This document shows positions 9,091 through 21,475 of a stretch of DNA of 64,000 bases, piece by piece (the stretch's first letter is position 1; each line of letters starts with the position of its first letter). Under the pieces are notes generated by a model that saw only the letters and a program-made list of their open reading frames with translations, did not search any database and had not been told where the DNA came from. A program made the translations under genes and the position numbers. The stretch is from Lentimicrobiaceae bacterium (GTDB taxonomy: Bacteria > Bacteroidota > Bacteroidia > Bacteroidales > UBA4417), in assembly GCA_033809755.1 (NCBI GenBank), contig JAPXLB010000004.1:131030-195029 (forward strand), read 5' to 3'.

Positions 9091-9135
9091 TTTAAACGAG
9101 GTTGCAAAGTTAGTATTATTTTACAAAATAACAAT
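9091..9135 (-). promoter_or_regulatory. tRNA-Lys promoter (-7 TAACTTTG, extended stable-RNA module)
   Basis: On the minus strand, TAACTTTGCAACCTCGTTT lies about 20 nt upstream of the tRNA 5' end, with TTG about 19 nt further upstream. The module closely matches the repeats upstream of 16S (TAATTTTGCAAACTCGTTT). Confidence 0.6.
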
Positions 9136-9196
9136 TATTAAATTCAAAATTTTTCTAAATACCTGTAATAATAAGCTTTGCAGAATTGCTAATTTA

Positions 9197-10126
9197 TTAT
9201 AAGTCGTTGTTATTAAGATTCTTATCCCTATAAAAAGGGTGATGAGTAATTATGTTATCTCGCAAAAACTCTTTGTTTAAGTGAGTGTAAATTTCGGTAG
9301 TCGTTATGCTTTTGTGTCCCAACATTTCCTGCACGGCTCTCAAATCAGCTCCTCCTTCTACCAAGTGTGTAGCAAAAGAGTGTCGCAATGTATGCGGACT
9401 AACATTTTTTTTAATCCCAGCCACCGGCAATAAGTCGTTAATAATAACATTTATCATGTTGCGCGTTAGTTTTTTGCCTCTTCTGTTTAAAAAAACGTAG
9501 TCTTCGTATCCTCTCTGAATCTCTACATGCGACCTCACATTATGAAGGTAAATATTCAACTGCCTTATAGCTTTATTTCCAATAGGTACAAGGCGTTCTT
9601 TGTTTCCCTTACCAATAATTTTAATAAATTCCTCTTTCAAAAACAGGTTGCTAATTTTTAAATTTATCAGTTCGGAAACACGCAGACCGCAGCCGTACAA
9701 AATTTCAATAATTGCCTTATTTCTTTCGCCTTGCGGATGCGACAAATCTATTGCTCCAATCAGTCTTTCCACTTCATCTATAGTCAGAAAATCGGGTAGG
9801 CGAGTGCCAAGTTTTGGGCTGTCAATCAGACTTGTAGGGTCATTTTCTATTTCTCCTTCTATTATTAAATATTTGTAAAATGCTCTAATGCCTGATATTA
9901 TCCGCATCTGCGATTTAGGAGAAATTTTCTCCTCGTTTATTGACACAATAAAACTCTCAATATCTTTGGTTTTTATTTCGGTGGGTTTGCAGCTTTCAGA
10001 CTTGTTTTCCCTGCAGTACACGGCAAACCTAGTAATATCTCTGTTGTACGCCGCAATAGTGTTAGCCGAGAGCGAACGCTCTATTTTTAGGTAAGTTATA
10101 AAGCCTTTAATGTAGTTATCCCACAT
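9197..10126 (-). CDS. xerD: site-specific tyrosine recombinase XerD
   Basis: 309 aa. The N-terminal SAM-like domain (YLKIERSLSANTIAAYNRD) is followed by the catalytic region: GLRVSEL, HTLRHSFATHL, LGHKSITTTEIYTH. Confidence 0.8.
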   Translation of the reverse strand: MWDNYIKGFITYLKIERSLSANTIAAYNRDITRFAVYCRENKSESCKPTEIKTKDIESFIVSINEEKISPKSQMRIISGIRAFYKYLIIEGEIENDPTSLIDSPKLGTRLPDFLTIDEVERLIGAIDLSHPQGERNKAIIEILYGCGLRVSELINLKISNLFLKEEFIKIIGKGNKERLVPIGNKAIRQLNIYLHNVRSHVEIQRGYEDYVFLNRRGKKLTRNMINVIINDLLPVAGIKKNVSPHTLRHSFATHLVEGGADLRAVQEMLGHKSITTTEIYTHLNKEFLRDNIITHHPFYRDKNLNNNDL

Positions 10127-10132
10127 GTTTTA

Positions 10133-10627
10133 CTATTTTCTTAGCAAAGTGATGTTTTTGTAGTGCAAATCGTCGTTGGCAACAAGGTGTTCTTTATCAA
10201 TTACGTCCCATTCGTCGAAATTAATTTCAGGGAAAAACGTGTCGGCTTCGTATTCTCTGTCAACTACAGTCAGATATATTTTGTTGGCGTAGGGCATAAA
10301 CATTTTATAAACAGATTCGCCTCCAATTACAAAATTTTCATTGCTAGGACTCAAATTTTTAAAAACCTGCTCAATATTATTGACAACAACGCAACCTTCG
10401 GCTTCAAAATTTTTGCTTCTGGTTAAAACAATGTTTTTTCTGTCGGGCAAAGGCTTTCTGGGTAATGATAGGTACGTTTTCCTGCCCATAATTATGGTAT
10501 TGCCGGTGGTCAGTTTTTTAAATCGTTTCAAATCAGCAGAAATATGCCAAAGCAGCTTGTTGTCCTTCCCAATGGCATAATTTTTTGAAATGGCAACTAT
10601 AATCGATATTGGTATATTGTTTTTCAT
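10133..10627 (-). CDS. folA: dihydrofolate reductase
   Basis: 164 aa. Motifs are IVAISKNYAIGKDNKLLW, RFKKLTTGNTIIMGRKTY, LPDRKNIVLTR and VIGGESVY. Confidence 0.9.
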   Translation of the reverse strand: MKNNIPISIIVAISKNYAIGKDNKLLWHISADLKRFKKLTTGNTIIMGRKTYLSLPRKPLPDRKNIVLTRSKNFEAEGCVVVNNIEQVFKNLSPSNENFVIGGESVYKMFMPYANKIYLTVVDREYEADTFFPEINFDEWDVIDKEHLVANDDLHYKNITLLRK

Positions 10628-10632
10628 AGTAA

Positions 10633-11427
10633 TTACACTGCTACTTTTGCTTTAATATGAGGATGCGGGTCGTAATTTTCTACAGTAAAATCCTCGTAAG
10701 TAAAATCAAAAATATTTTTAATATCCTTATTGATTTTCATTGTTGGTAGTTTTCTAGGTTCACGAACAACTTGAATTTTAGCCTGTTCAATATGGTCGGA
10801 GTACAAATGAGCGTCGCCTAATGTGTGAATAAAATCGCCCAACTTTAAATCTGTAACCTGAGCCACCATCATGGTTAAAAGTGAGTACGATGCAATATTA
10901 AAAGGTACGCCCAAAAAAACATCGGCACTACGCTGATACATCTGGCACGACAACTTTCCATCGGCTACATAAAACTGAAACAATATATGGCAAGGAGGCA
11001 AAGCCATCTTATCCAAAACGCCTACATTCCATGCACTTACAATATGTCTACGCGAATATGGCTCCTTTTTAATATTTTCTATTACTTCCGAAATTTGATC
11101 TACGAATCCGCCATCATGCTTGTCCCAACTACGCCATTGGTGTCCGTATATAGGACCTAAATCTCCGTTATCGTCAGCCCATTCATCCCATATGCTTACT
11201 TTGTTGTCCTTTAAGTATTTGATATTGGTATCGCCTTTCAAAAACCAAAGCAATTCGTGAATTATCGAACGAAGATGCAGTTTTTTGGTTGTCAGTAGTG
11301 GAAAACCTTCGTTTAAATCAAAGCGCATCTGATAACCGAATATACTTTTTATGCCGGTATTTGTTCGGTCGGGTTTATCAACTCCTTTTTTTAGTATAGT
11401 GTCTAATAATTCTAAATATTGTTTCAT
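10633..11427 (-). CDS. thyA: thymidylate synthase
   Basis: I place the start at Met46 of the tracked ORF ([15 protein letters not shown] at 11427), giving the canonical 264 aa. The longer ORF would overlap the upstream permease. Motifs are [42 protein letters not shown] and [12 protein letters not shown]. Confidence 0.93.
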   Translation of the reverse strand: MKQYLELLDTILKKGVDKPDRTNTGIKSIFGYQMRFDLNEGFPLLTTKKLHLRSIIHELLWFLKGDTNIKYLKDNKVSIWDEWADDNGDLGPIYGHQWRSWDKHDGGFVDQISEVIENIKKEPYSRRHIVSAWNVGVLDKMALPPCHILFQFYVADGKLSCQMYQRSADVFLGVPFNIASYSLLTMMVAQVTDLKLGDFIHTLGDAHLYSDHIEQAKIQVVREPRKLPTMKINKDIKNIFDFTYEDFTVENYDPHPHIKAKVAV

Positions 11428-11440
11428 CTGACGTGCATTA

Positions 11441-12691
11441 TTATTTTTGTAAAGACTGTGAAATTTTTTCCGGTTCGTGTTTATAATCAAATAAAATCCA
11501 GAACAAGAAAAATACAACCAAAGCGTAGGCGGCAAATACAAACCATGAATTGGGCCAACCAACTACATCGACAACTTTTCCGGCTGCATATGAACCTATA
11601 AGAGCTCCAAAACCGTTCGTCATTATCATAAACACTCCCTGTGCACTTGAGCGTATAGACGGATGGGTTTCTGTTTCAACATATAAAGAACCTGATATGT
11701 TAAAGAAATCGAATGCAAAACCGTAAATTATCATAGATAGAATCAACATCCAAACTCCGTCGCCCGGGTTCCCGGTTCCTAGCAAAGCAAAACGTAGCAC
11801 CCAAGCAATCATACTCATTAGCATAACGTTTTTAATTCCGTATCGTCTTAAAAAGAAGGGAATAAGCAATATGCACAGCGTTTCCGACATTTGAGATATT
11901 GAAATCAAAATATTTGCGTGCCTAACTCCAAAACTATCGGCATATTCCGGCATGTTCCCAAAATAATCAGTCAAATATAGGTTTGCAAAAGCATTTGTAA
12001 TTTGTAAGGCAACCCCTAAAAGCATCGAGAAAATAAAGAATACTGCCATCCTTTTTTCTTTAAAAAGAGTGAAGGCTCGCAAACCTAACATATCGACAAG
12101 CGAACTTTTATCAGGATTTTTATTAATGTCGCATTTAGGCAAAGTGAACGAGTATAATCCTAATGCAAATGAAATTATAGCCGAAAAATAAAGTTGGTTC
12201 GCAGATTTAGAAAGTGCAACGCCATCTATTTTTATTAAATCAACTAAAATCATTGAAACAATAAACCCTATTGTACCGAATATACGTACTGGAGGGAAGT
12301 GTTTTATAGGATCTAAGTTATGCTTTGCAAGTGCGTTGTAAGCTACCGAATTTGATAATGCTATTGTGGGCATGTAGAACAGAACTGCCAATAAAATAAA
12401 TGTGTATAGCATGTGGTACTCGGTTTGTCCTGCAGCAACGAACATAAATGTTCCACTTATTAAGTGAGATATGGCTAGAACTTTTTCGGCATTAACCCAT
12501 CTGTCGGCTATAATGCCCATTATTGCGGGCATTACCAAGGAGGCTATACCCATTGTTGCAAAAAAACTACCTATTTGTACTCCTGTATAATTCAGTTTTC
12601 CACCTAAGTAGCCGCCTAACGAAATCAACCATGCTCCCCATATTGCGTATTGGAACAGGTTCATTATTATTAACCTGATTTTTATCTTCAT
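11441..12691 (-). CDS. nucleoside:H+ symporter family MFS transporter (NupG/XapB-like)
   Basis: 416 aa with about 12 TM segments. The N-terminus [17 protein letters not shown]...IMGIIADRW resembles the nucleoside H+ symporter family. Confidence 0.75.
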   Translation of the reverse strand: MKIKIRLIIMNLFQYAIWGAWLISLGGYLGGKLNYTGVQIGSFFATMGIASLVMPAIMGIIADRWVNAEKVLAISHLISGTFMFVAAGQTEYHMLYTFILLAVLFYMPTIALSNSVAYNALAKHNLDPIKHFPPVRIFGTIGFIVSMILVDLIKIDGVALSKSANQLYFSAIISFALGLYSFTLPKCDINKNPDKSSLVDMLGLRAFTLFKEKRMAVFFIFSMLLGVALQITNAFANLYLTDYFGNMPEYADSFGVRHANILISISQMSETLCILLIPFFLRRYGIKNVMLMSMIAWVLRFALLGTGNPGDGVWMLILSMIIYGFAFDFFNISGSLYVETETHPSIRSSAQGVFMIMTNGFGALIGSYAAGKVVDVVGWPNSWFVFAAYALVVFFLFWILFDYKHEPEKISQSLQK

Positions 12692-12707
12692 ATACTATAA
12701 AATTATA

Positions 12708-13313
12708 TTAATTACTTTTTTTCTTTTCAATTATATCTCTTATTTTGGCTGCCAATTCGTAGTTTTCGTCTTCAATTGTTTGTTCCAGTAAAAATTCCAA
12801 ATCGGCAATGGACATGTTGTCAATACTATCTACATTATTTAAGGCATTGATAAAATCGTAGTCGTTGTCATCGTCAAAATCATCATTTGTTCTCTCCTCG
12901 TTGAGGTTAAATCCGGCTTCCAGCATTACTTCTTCGGTAACGAACAAAGAGCTTTTCGATAGTAAACACATTATTATTGCATCCGAAGCCCTTGAGTCTA
13001 ACATAATTGTCTCGCCATTATTTACAAAAAATATATTTGCTTTAAATATCCCTTCTTCAAGTCGGTTTATAACAGCGTGTTCAACAACACTGTCGGTTAC
13101 GTCAAGGTAGTTTTTAAACAGATTGTAAATCAGAGGTCTAGAGATGTCGTTTTTGCTGATATAAAGTTTTATAAAGTTGGCTTCGAATGTTCCAATAACT
13201 ATTGAAATATATCTGTCTCCATCAACTTCTTTAAGGAGGACAGTGTTGTTCATGCTAACGTCCTTACTGAAGTACAGTCGATTTAATTGTATTTGGATAA
13301 GTGATTTGTTCAT
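12708..13313 (-). CDS. bifunctional nuclease family protein (BFN/DUF151 domain plus UVR motif)
   Basis: I place the start at Met57 (ATG at 13313), which is preceded by a TAAATTTG -7 box. LLKEVDGDRYISIVIG and SRASDAIIMCL are BFN-like. The C-terminal EDENYELAAKIRDIIEKKK is a UvrB/C-type motif. Confidence 0.7.
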   Translation of the reverse strand: MNKSLIQIQLNRLYFSKDVSMNNTVLLKEVDGDRYISIVIGTFEANFIKLYISKNDISRPLIYNLFKNYLDVTDSVVEHAVINRLEEGIFKANIFFVNNGETIMLDSRASDAIIMCLLSKSSLFVTEEVMLEAGFNLNEERTNDDFDDDNDYDFINALNNVDSIDNMSIADLEFLLEQTIEDENYELAAKIRDIIEKKKSN

Positions 13314-13413
13314 ATATTGCACATTTGTTGCAAATTTACAATAATATCGAATTAAATCATTATAAGTGGATAAAAAAGTAATTAACAAAATAGTGTAGAG
13401 TAGGAGTGGGCGG

Positions 13414-13450
13414 GTTAAAAAAAAAGTGCTCAAAATTTTTTGAGCACTTT
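13414..13450 (-). terminator. rho-independent terminator of the rRNA operon
   Basis: On the minus strand, AAAGTGCTCAAAA-loop-TTTTGAGCACTTT is followed by a run of 9 T, about 50 nt downstream of 5S. Confidence 0.8.
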
Positions 13451-13500
13451 TCGGTATTATATTCAGACCTTGATAAAACAAGGTGTTATATTAAAGAAAA

Positions 13501-13608
13501 AAGGCGACTACATACTCTCCCGGTTTTATCCAGTACCATCTGCGTGTACGGGCTTAACTGCTCTGTTCGGAATGGGAAGAAGTGGACCCCGTAGCTATAG
13601 TCACCAAA
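13501..13608 (-). rRNA. rrf: 5S rRNA
   Basis: The reverse complement contains CCCATTCCGAACAGAG and GGGAGAGTA..GTCGCC. Length and position after 23S fit. Ends are approximate (about 5 nt either way). Confidence 0.9.
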
Positions 13609-13689
13609 ATTTTAAATATCTTAATCTAAAAATTGACTATTGACTGAAAGAAAATACGGTAGGATAAGGAAAAACTTGACTATAACAGA

Positions 13690-16568
<2,879 letters not shown>

Positions 16569-16656
16569 AATGCTCGATATCATAATTCTTACATTATCTT
16601 CTCGTATTTTCTTTCATCTCAATATGTCAAAGAACTTTATCTAATAAAGTATAGAT

Positions 16657-16733
16657 TGGTGGAGAATAACGGATTCGAACCGTTGACCCCCTGCGTGCAA
16701 GGCAGGTGCTCTAGCCAGCTGAGCTAATTCCCC
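16657..16733 (-). tRNA. tRNA-Ala (anticodon UGC), in the 16S-23S spacer
   Basis: The reverse complement reads GGGGAATTAGCTCAGCTGGCTAGAGCACCTGCCTTGCACGCAGGGGGTCAACGGTTCGAATCCGTTATTCTCCACCA. It has the G3:U70 identity pair, and CCA is encoded. Confidence 0.93.
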
Positions 16734-16742
16734 AAAACGATG

Positions 16743-16816
16743 TAGTCCCGCGCAGAGTTGAACTGCGGACCCCTACATTATCAGTGTAGTGCTCTAACCA
16801 ACTGAGCTACGGGACT
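16743..16816 (-). tRNA. tRNA-Ile (anticodon GAU), in the 16S-23S spacer
   Basis: The reverse complement reads AGTCCCGTAGCTCAGTTGGTTAGAGCACTACACTGATAATGTAGGGGTCCGCAGTTCAACTCTGCGCGGGACTA. Confidence 0.9.
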
Positions 16817-16938
16817 AAATTCCTTTTTAGCCTCAGGGCTAAGCCCTCACTCTTTCGTTTGGGATACAATATTAAATAAAAAGTCAAAAATAAAGCAGCA
16901 AAATCCAATACACTCTAGTGTATCATAACAACCTCTCT

Positions 16939-18462
<1,524 letters not shown>

Positions 18463-18588
18463 AGTAATTTGATCTTGTTTGTCTCAGATTGTTATCTCTG
18501 TCAAATAAAATTTGAACAGGGGATGTTGCTGCTTTTGTTATTTTGACTTCAATTATTCAAAGAACTTTATATTTTTTTCAAAAACGAG

Positions 18589-18934
18589 TTTGCAAAATTA
18601 ATATCATTTTTTAAATCTGCAAATTTATTTTGAACTTTTTTTCAAAACGAGTTTGCAAAATTAATATCATTTTTTAAATCTGCAAATCTTTTTTGCTTTT
18701 TTATGAACTTTTATTTTTCAGAAAAGTCAGAAAAAGGGTTTGCAAAATTAATACTATTTTTTAATTCTGCAAATTTTTTATCCGCTTTTTGAGAAAAAAT
18801 TTTCAGAGAAAAGAGAATGCAAAGATAGCAATAATTATTTAAATCTGCAAGTTTCTCGCACTTTTTCCTTTTAGTTTTTCCTAGAACTTGTCCGAAAGGT
18901 TTGCAAAGATAATACTGTTTTTCTAATCTGCAAA
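18589..18934 (-). promoter_or_regulatory. array of five tandem promoter modules upstream of the rRNA operon
   Basis: Five copies sit at 18589-18623, 18652-18686, 18739-18773, 18817-18850 and 18899-18934. On the minus strand each reads TTTGCAGATTTAAAAAATGATATTAATTTTGCAAAC, which is -33 TTTG, a 19-nt spacer, then -7 TAnnTTTG. Copies 1 and 2 are identical, copy 3 differs only slightly, and copies 4 and 5 are degenerate. Confidence 0.7.
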
Positions 18935-19383
18935 CTTTTTTTGTAATTTTTCAGCTTTTTATCCAACATGATAAGATGATACGTATTGTACATATAAATG
19001 TAATATACATTATAATATTTTGAGATTTTGTATCTTTTAAATTTAATAAAGGTGTTCCATTTTCAAATGTAATCATATAGAACTATGTGATTTTTATAAT
19101 TGTATATGAGCCGTGAAACGTTGATTTAAGAATATATTACTTTTGTTTTTTTGCAAGTCTTTTATTCTAGAATTTTTATAAATGTACTTTGTAAATCTAC
19201 TAAAATTATGTAAAATGTTTTTATCAAAATGCTAATGTGAATTTAAAAATATTATATATTTGCGCCAGTAAAATGGTTGAAGTATTACTTTTTTTATTAA
19301 ACTAAACCAAATAAAAATGGAAATTGTTGTATTTTATAGAATATATAAATTAATTACTTATAAACAAACTAAATAATCAAATC

Positions 19384-20511
19384 ATGAACAAAAATCGATT
19401 TTTTTTATTGTTATCATTCGTCTTATTGTCACTGTACTCGTGTAATAAAGACAATAACGAAGGAAGTGATTCTTACCACAAAAACTATTATTACAGGGTA
19501 GATAATGGAATTTTAAATTTTAGCGATTCGTCAAAATTACTCAGGTATGCCAACTATGTGAATGGAATGTCGTATGAAGATTTGACCAGTTTTGAAAATG
19601 AAATTGGTTTTGTATCACAAAAAAGAATTTTTGATGATATCGCATTTAAAGAATACCAGTTACAGATTGTACCATTTCAAAATAAAACTGAAGAAGAAAT
19701 GAAAAACATACCTTTTCCTGGACACTGTGCTGAGTACGTTGATGCTTTGAATAGTGGTGTTATTGTTGAAATAGAAGACAAGGAAGGCAAGTATATTGAC
19801 TATAATATAGAGGATAGTTATTATGCAGCAGTTTTAAACAAAGATGGATTTGTAACAATTGGAGAAAACACCTACTTGTACAAAGGAAATACCATAACAT
19901 GTATTAAAGGTAATCATGAAGGTGAAATAGAAGAACTAGAAGGTGTTACTGTTGGAAATAGAAGTAATACAGTAGAAGATGCATGGTACAACATTAATGG
20001 CACATCAAATTGGGTTTACAGTGGGTCAAAATTTAGGGCTAGAGTAGATGTAACCTCCAAGATAAGAGCTCTGGGTTTAGGAACAGGAGCTGCATATGCG
20101 AAAAAAATGCATTGTTATCCTTTTGTGATTAAAACTAATGCCCAGAAAAAAAATTTTTGGGGTATTTGGAATCAATATTGGGGTGCTGAGTACATAAATG
20201 GGAGTTGTACAATTGAGTTAGATTGGTCTCAAGATTGGTTTGGGCCTTATTATTCAAGTAATGGATTAAATAATACTTTTTTAATTAACCATTATTTCCC
20301 CAGTGCTAGTAATGCAACTTTAAAGTATAATATTATTACTGGACAACATAGTCCAAATCTTGAATATACGATTGTTACAGCTCCCTATAACGGATATTAT
20401 TTATTTCGGCATCAATCAATCAAATTCAATATAACTGCAGACTTGCCTGGAGGACCTAGCGGTATAACATGTGAAGCAAACATAATAGACGAAAGTATAG
20501 GTGGTTATTAA
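19384..20511 (+). CDS. hypothetical lipoprotein
   Basis: Lipoprotein signal LLLSFVLLSLYSC followed by NKDNN. First gene of a three-gene unit that ends in a TonB-dependent receptor. Confidence 0.65.
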   Translation: MNKNRFFLLLSFVLLSLYSCNKDNNEGSDSYHKNYYYRVDNGILNFSDSSKLLRYANYVNGMSYEDLTSFENEIGFVSQKRIFDDIAFKEYQLQIVPFQNKTEEEMKNIPFPGHCAEYVDALNSGVIVEIEDKEGKYIDYNIEDSYYAAVLNKDGFVTIGENTYLYKGNTITCIKGNHEGEIEELEGVTVGNRSNTVEDAWYNINGTSNWVYSGSKFRARVDVTSKIRALGLGTGAAYAKKMHCYPFVIKTNAQKKNFWGIWNQYWGAEYINGSCTIELDWSQDWFGPYYSSNGLNNTFLINHYFPSASNATLKYNIITGQHSPNLEYTIVTAPYNGYYLFRHQSIKFNITADLPGGPSGITCEANIIDESIGGY

Positions 20512-20524
20512 GGGTTAAGAATTT

Positions 20525-21475
20525 ATGAAATATCCTATTTTGGTACTTATAATACTGTTAATTGCGGTTTCGTGTGTTAGTATTAGTGATGATTTATTAC
20601 CGAATCATAAAAAACAAATGTATATGCAATCGGTATTATCACCTGACAGTGTTGTAAAAGTATATGTTGGTTATACTGCAGATTTGAGAGATAAGGGATT
20701 TGTTAAAGAAAATGGTGCTACAGTAATTTTATATCAAAATGATGTAATAATTGATACTTTAAATACCATTGGTAATGGAATATATGTTTCGGAGATAAAA
20801 CCACAAGTTAACACACAATATTTGTTACGTGTATATCATCAAGACGACACTATTTTTGCTTTAACTACAGTACCTGACTATCCTATAATATGTAACGCAC
20901 CAACTTATAAATATCCTACATATTACGATACACAGGATGAAGCTGAGTTTGGGGATTTGTATATTGAAATAGATGATCCTGCAGGTATTGATAATTACTA
21001 TGAGATAATATTGTTTGCCAGAACTCAAAATGAAAAATATAAATATGTTTTTTACGATCAACAATATGTACGTATTACTGATGGTGTCTTAATAAATGAG
21101 GGAGATTGGAATTATAATCCAACCTCTATTTTTTTTAGCGATTTATTATTTGACGGGCAGTGTTACAAAATGAAATTAATTGTTTCACCTCGTGGAGCGC
21201 ATATCTATGATGTAGGTGGTGTGGTAGAAGTTTCAACCCTGTTGGACGAATCAGGGTATGTTTTATTACGTTCGATTTCAAAAGAATATTATTTATATCG
21301 AAAACTATATACGCGACATGTATACAATTCACAAAGCGATTTTTCAGAAAGCACAATATATGATTTTTTCTTTATAGGTGAACCCCTCAATATGTACACA
21401 AATGTGAGTAATGGTGTTGGTGTATTTGCGTCTGTTAATTCAAAATTATATAAGATAAAAAAATATGAAAAATAG
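20525..21475 (+). CDS. lipoprotein, possibly DUF4249 family
   Basis: Lipobox LLIAVSC. The size and the pairing with a CarboxypepD_reg-type TonB receptor are typical of DUF4249, but the family call is from memory only. Confidence 0.55.
   Translation: MKYPILVLIILLIAVSCVSISDDLLPNHKKQMYMQSVLSPDSVVKVYVGYTADLRDKGFVKENGATVILYQNDVIIDTLNTIGNGIYVSEIKPQVNTQYLLRVYHQDDTIFALTTVPDYPIICNAPTYKYPTYYDTQDEAEFGDLYIEIDDPAGIDNYYEIILFARTQNEKYKYVFYDQQYVRITDGVLINEGDWNYNPTSIFFSDLLFDGQCYKMKLIVSPRGAHIYDVGGVVEVSTLLDESGYVLLRSISKEYYLYRKLYTRHVYNSQSDFSESTIYDFFFIGEPLNMYTNVSNGVGVFASVNSKLYKIKKYEK

Noticed and set aside
9012-10126. tRNA-Lys next to a tyrosine recombinase as the signature of an integrative element
   Set aside because: The recombinase has the full XerD-type architecture and is packed with folA and thyA (7 nt between the xerD stop and the folA start). 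It lies on the 5' side of the tRNA. I found no repeat of the tRNA 3' end near 4600-4800 that could mark an att site. The cassette may still be accessory, but this recombinase is probably housekeeping.
10633-11562. 309-aa extended form of the thymidylate synthase ORF
   Set aside because: The first 45 codons overlap the 3' end of the permease gene and encode low-complexity sequence. Met46 (MKQYLELL) gives the canonical 264-aa ThyA.
12708-13481. 257-aa extended form of the bifunctional nuclease ORF
   Set aside because: The N-terminal 56 residues are hydrophobic low-complexity sequence that runs through the rRNA terminator hairpin. The internal Met at 13313 is preceded by a TAAATTTG box.
18589-18934. 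Regularly spaced repeats of about 35 bp that superficially resemble a small CRISPR array
   Set aside because: The repeats decay in sequence and the spacers are AT-rich, of unequal length and partly similar to each other. Each repeat is a full -33/-7 promoter facing the 16S gene. No cas genes are present in the window.
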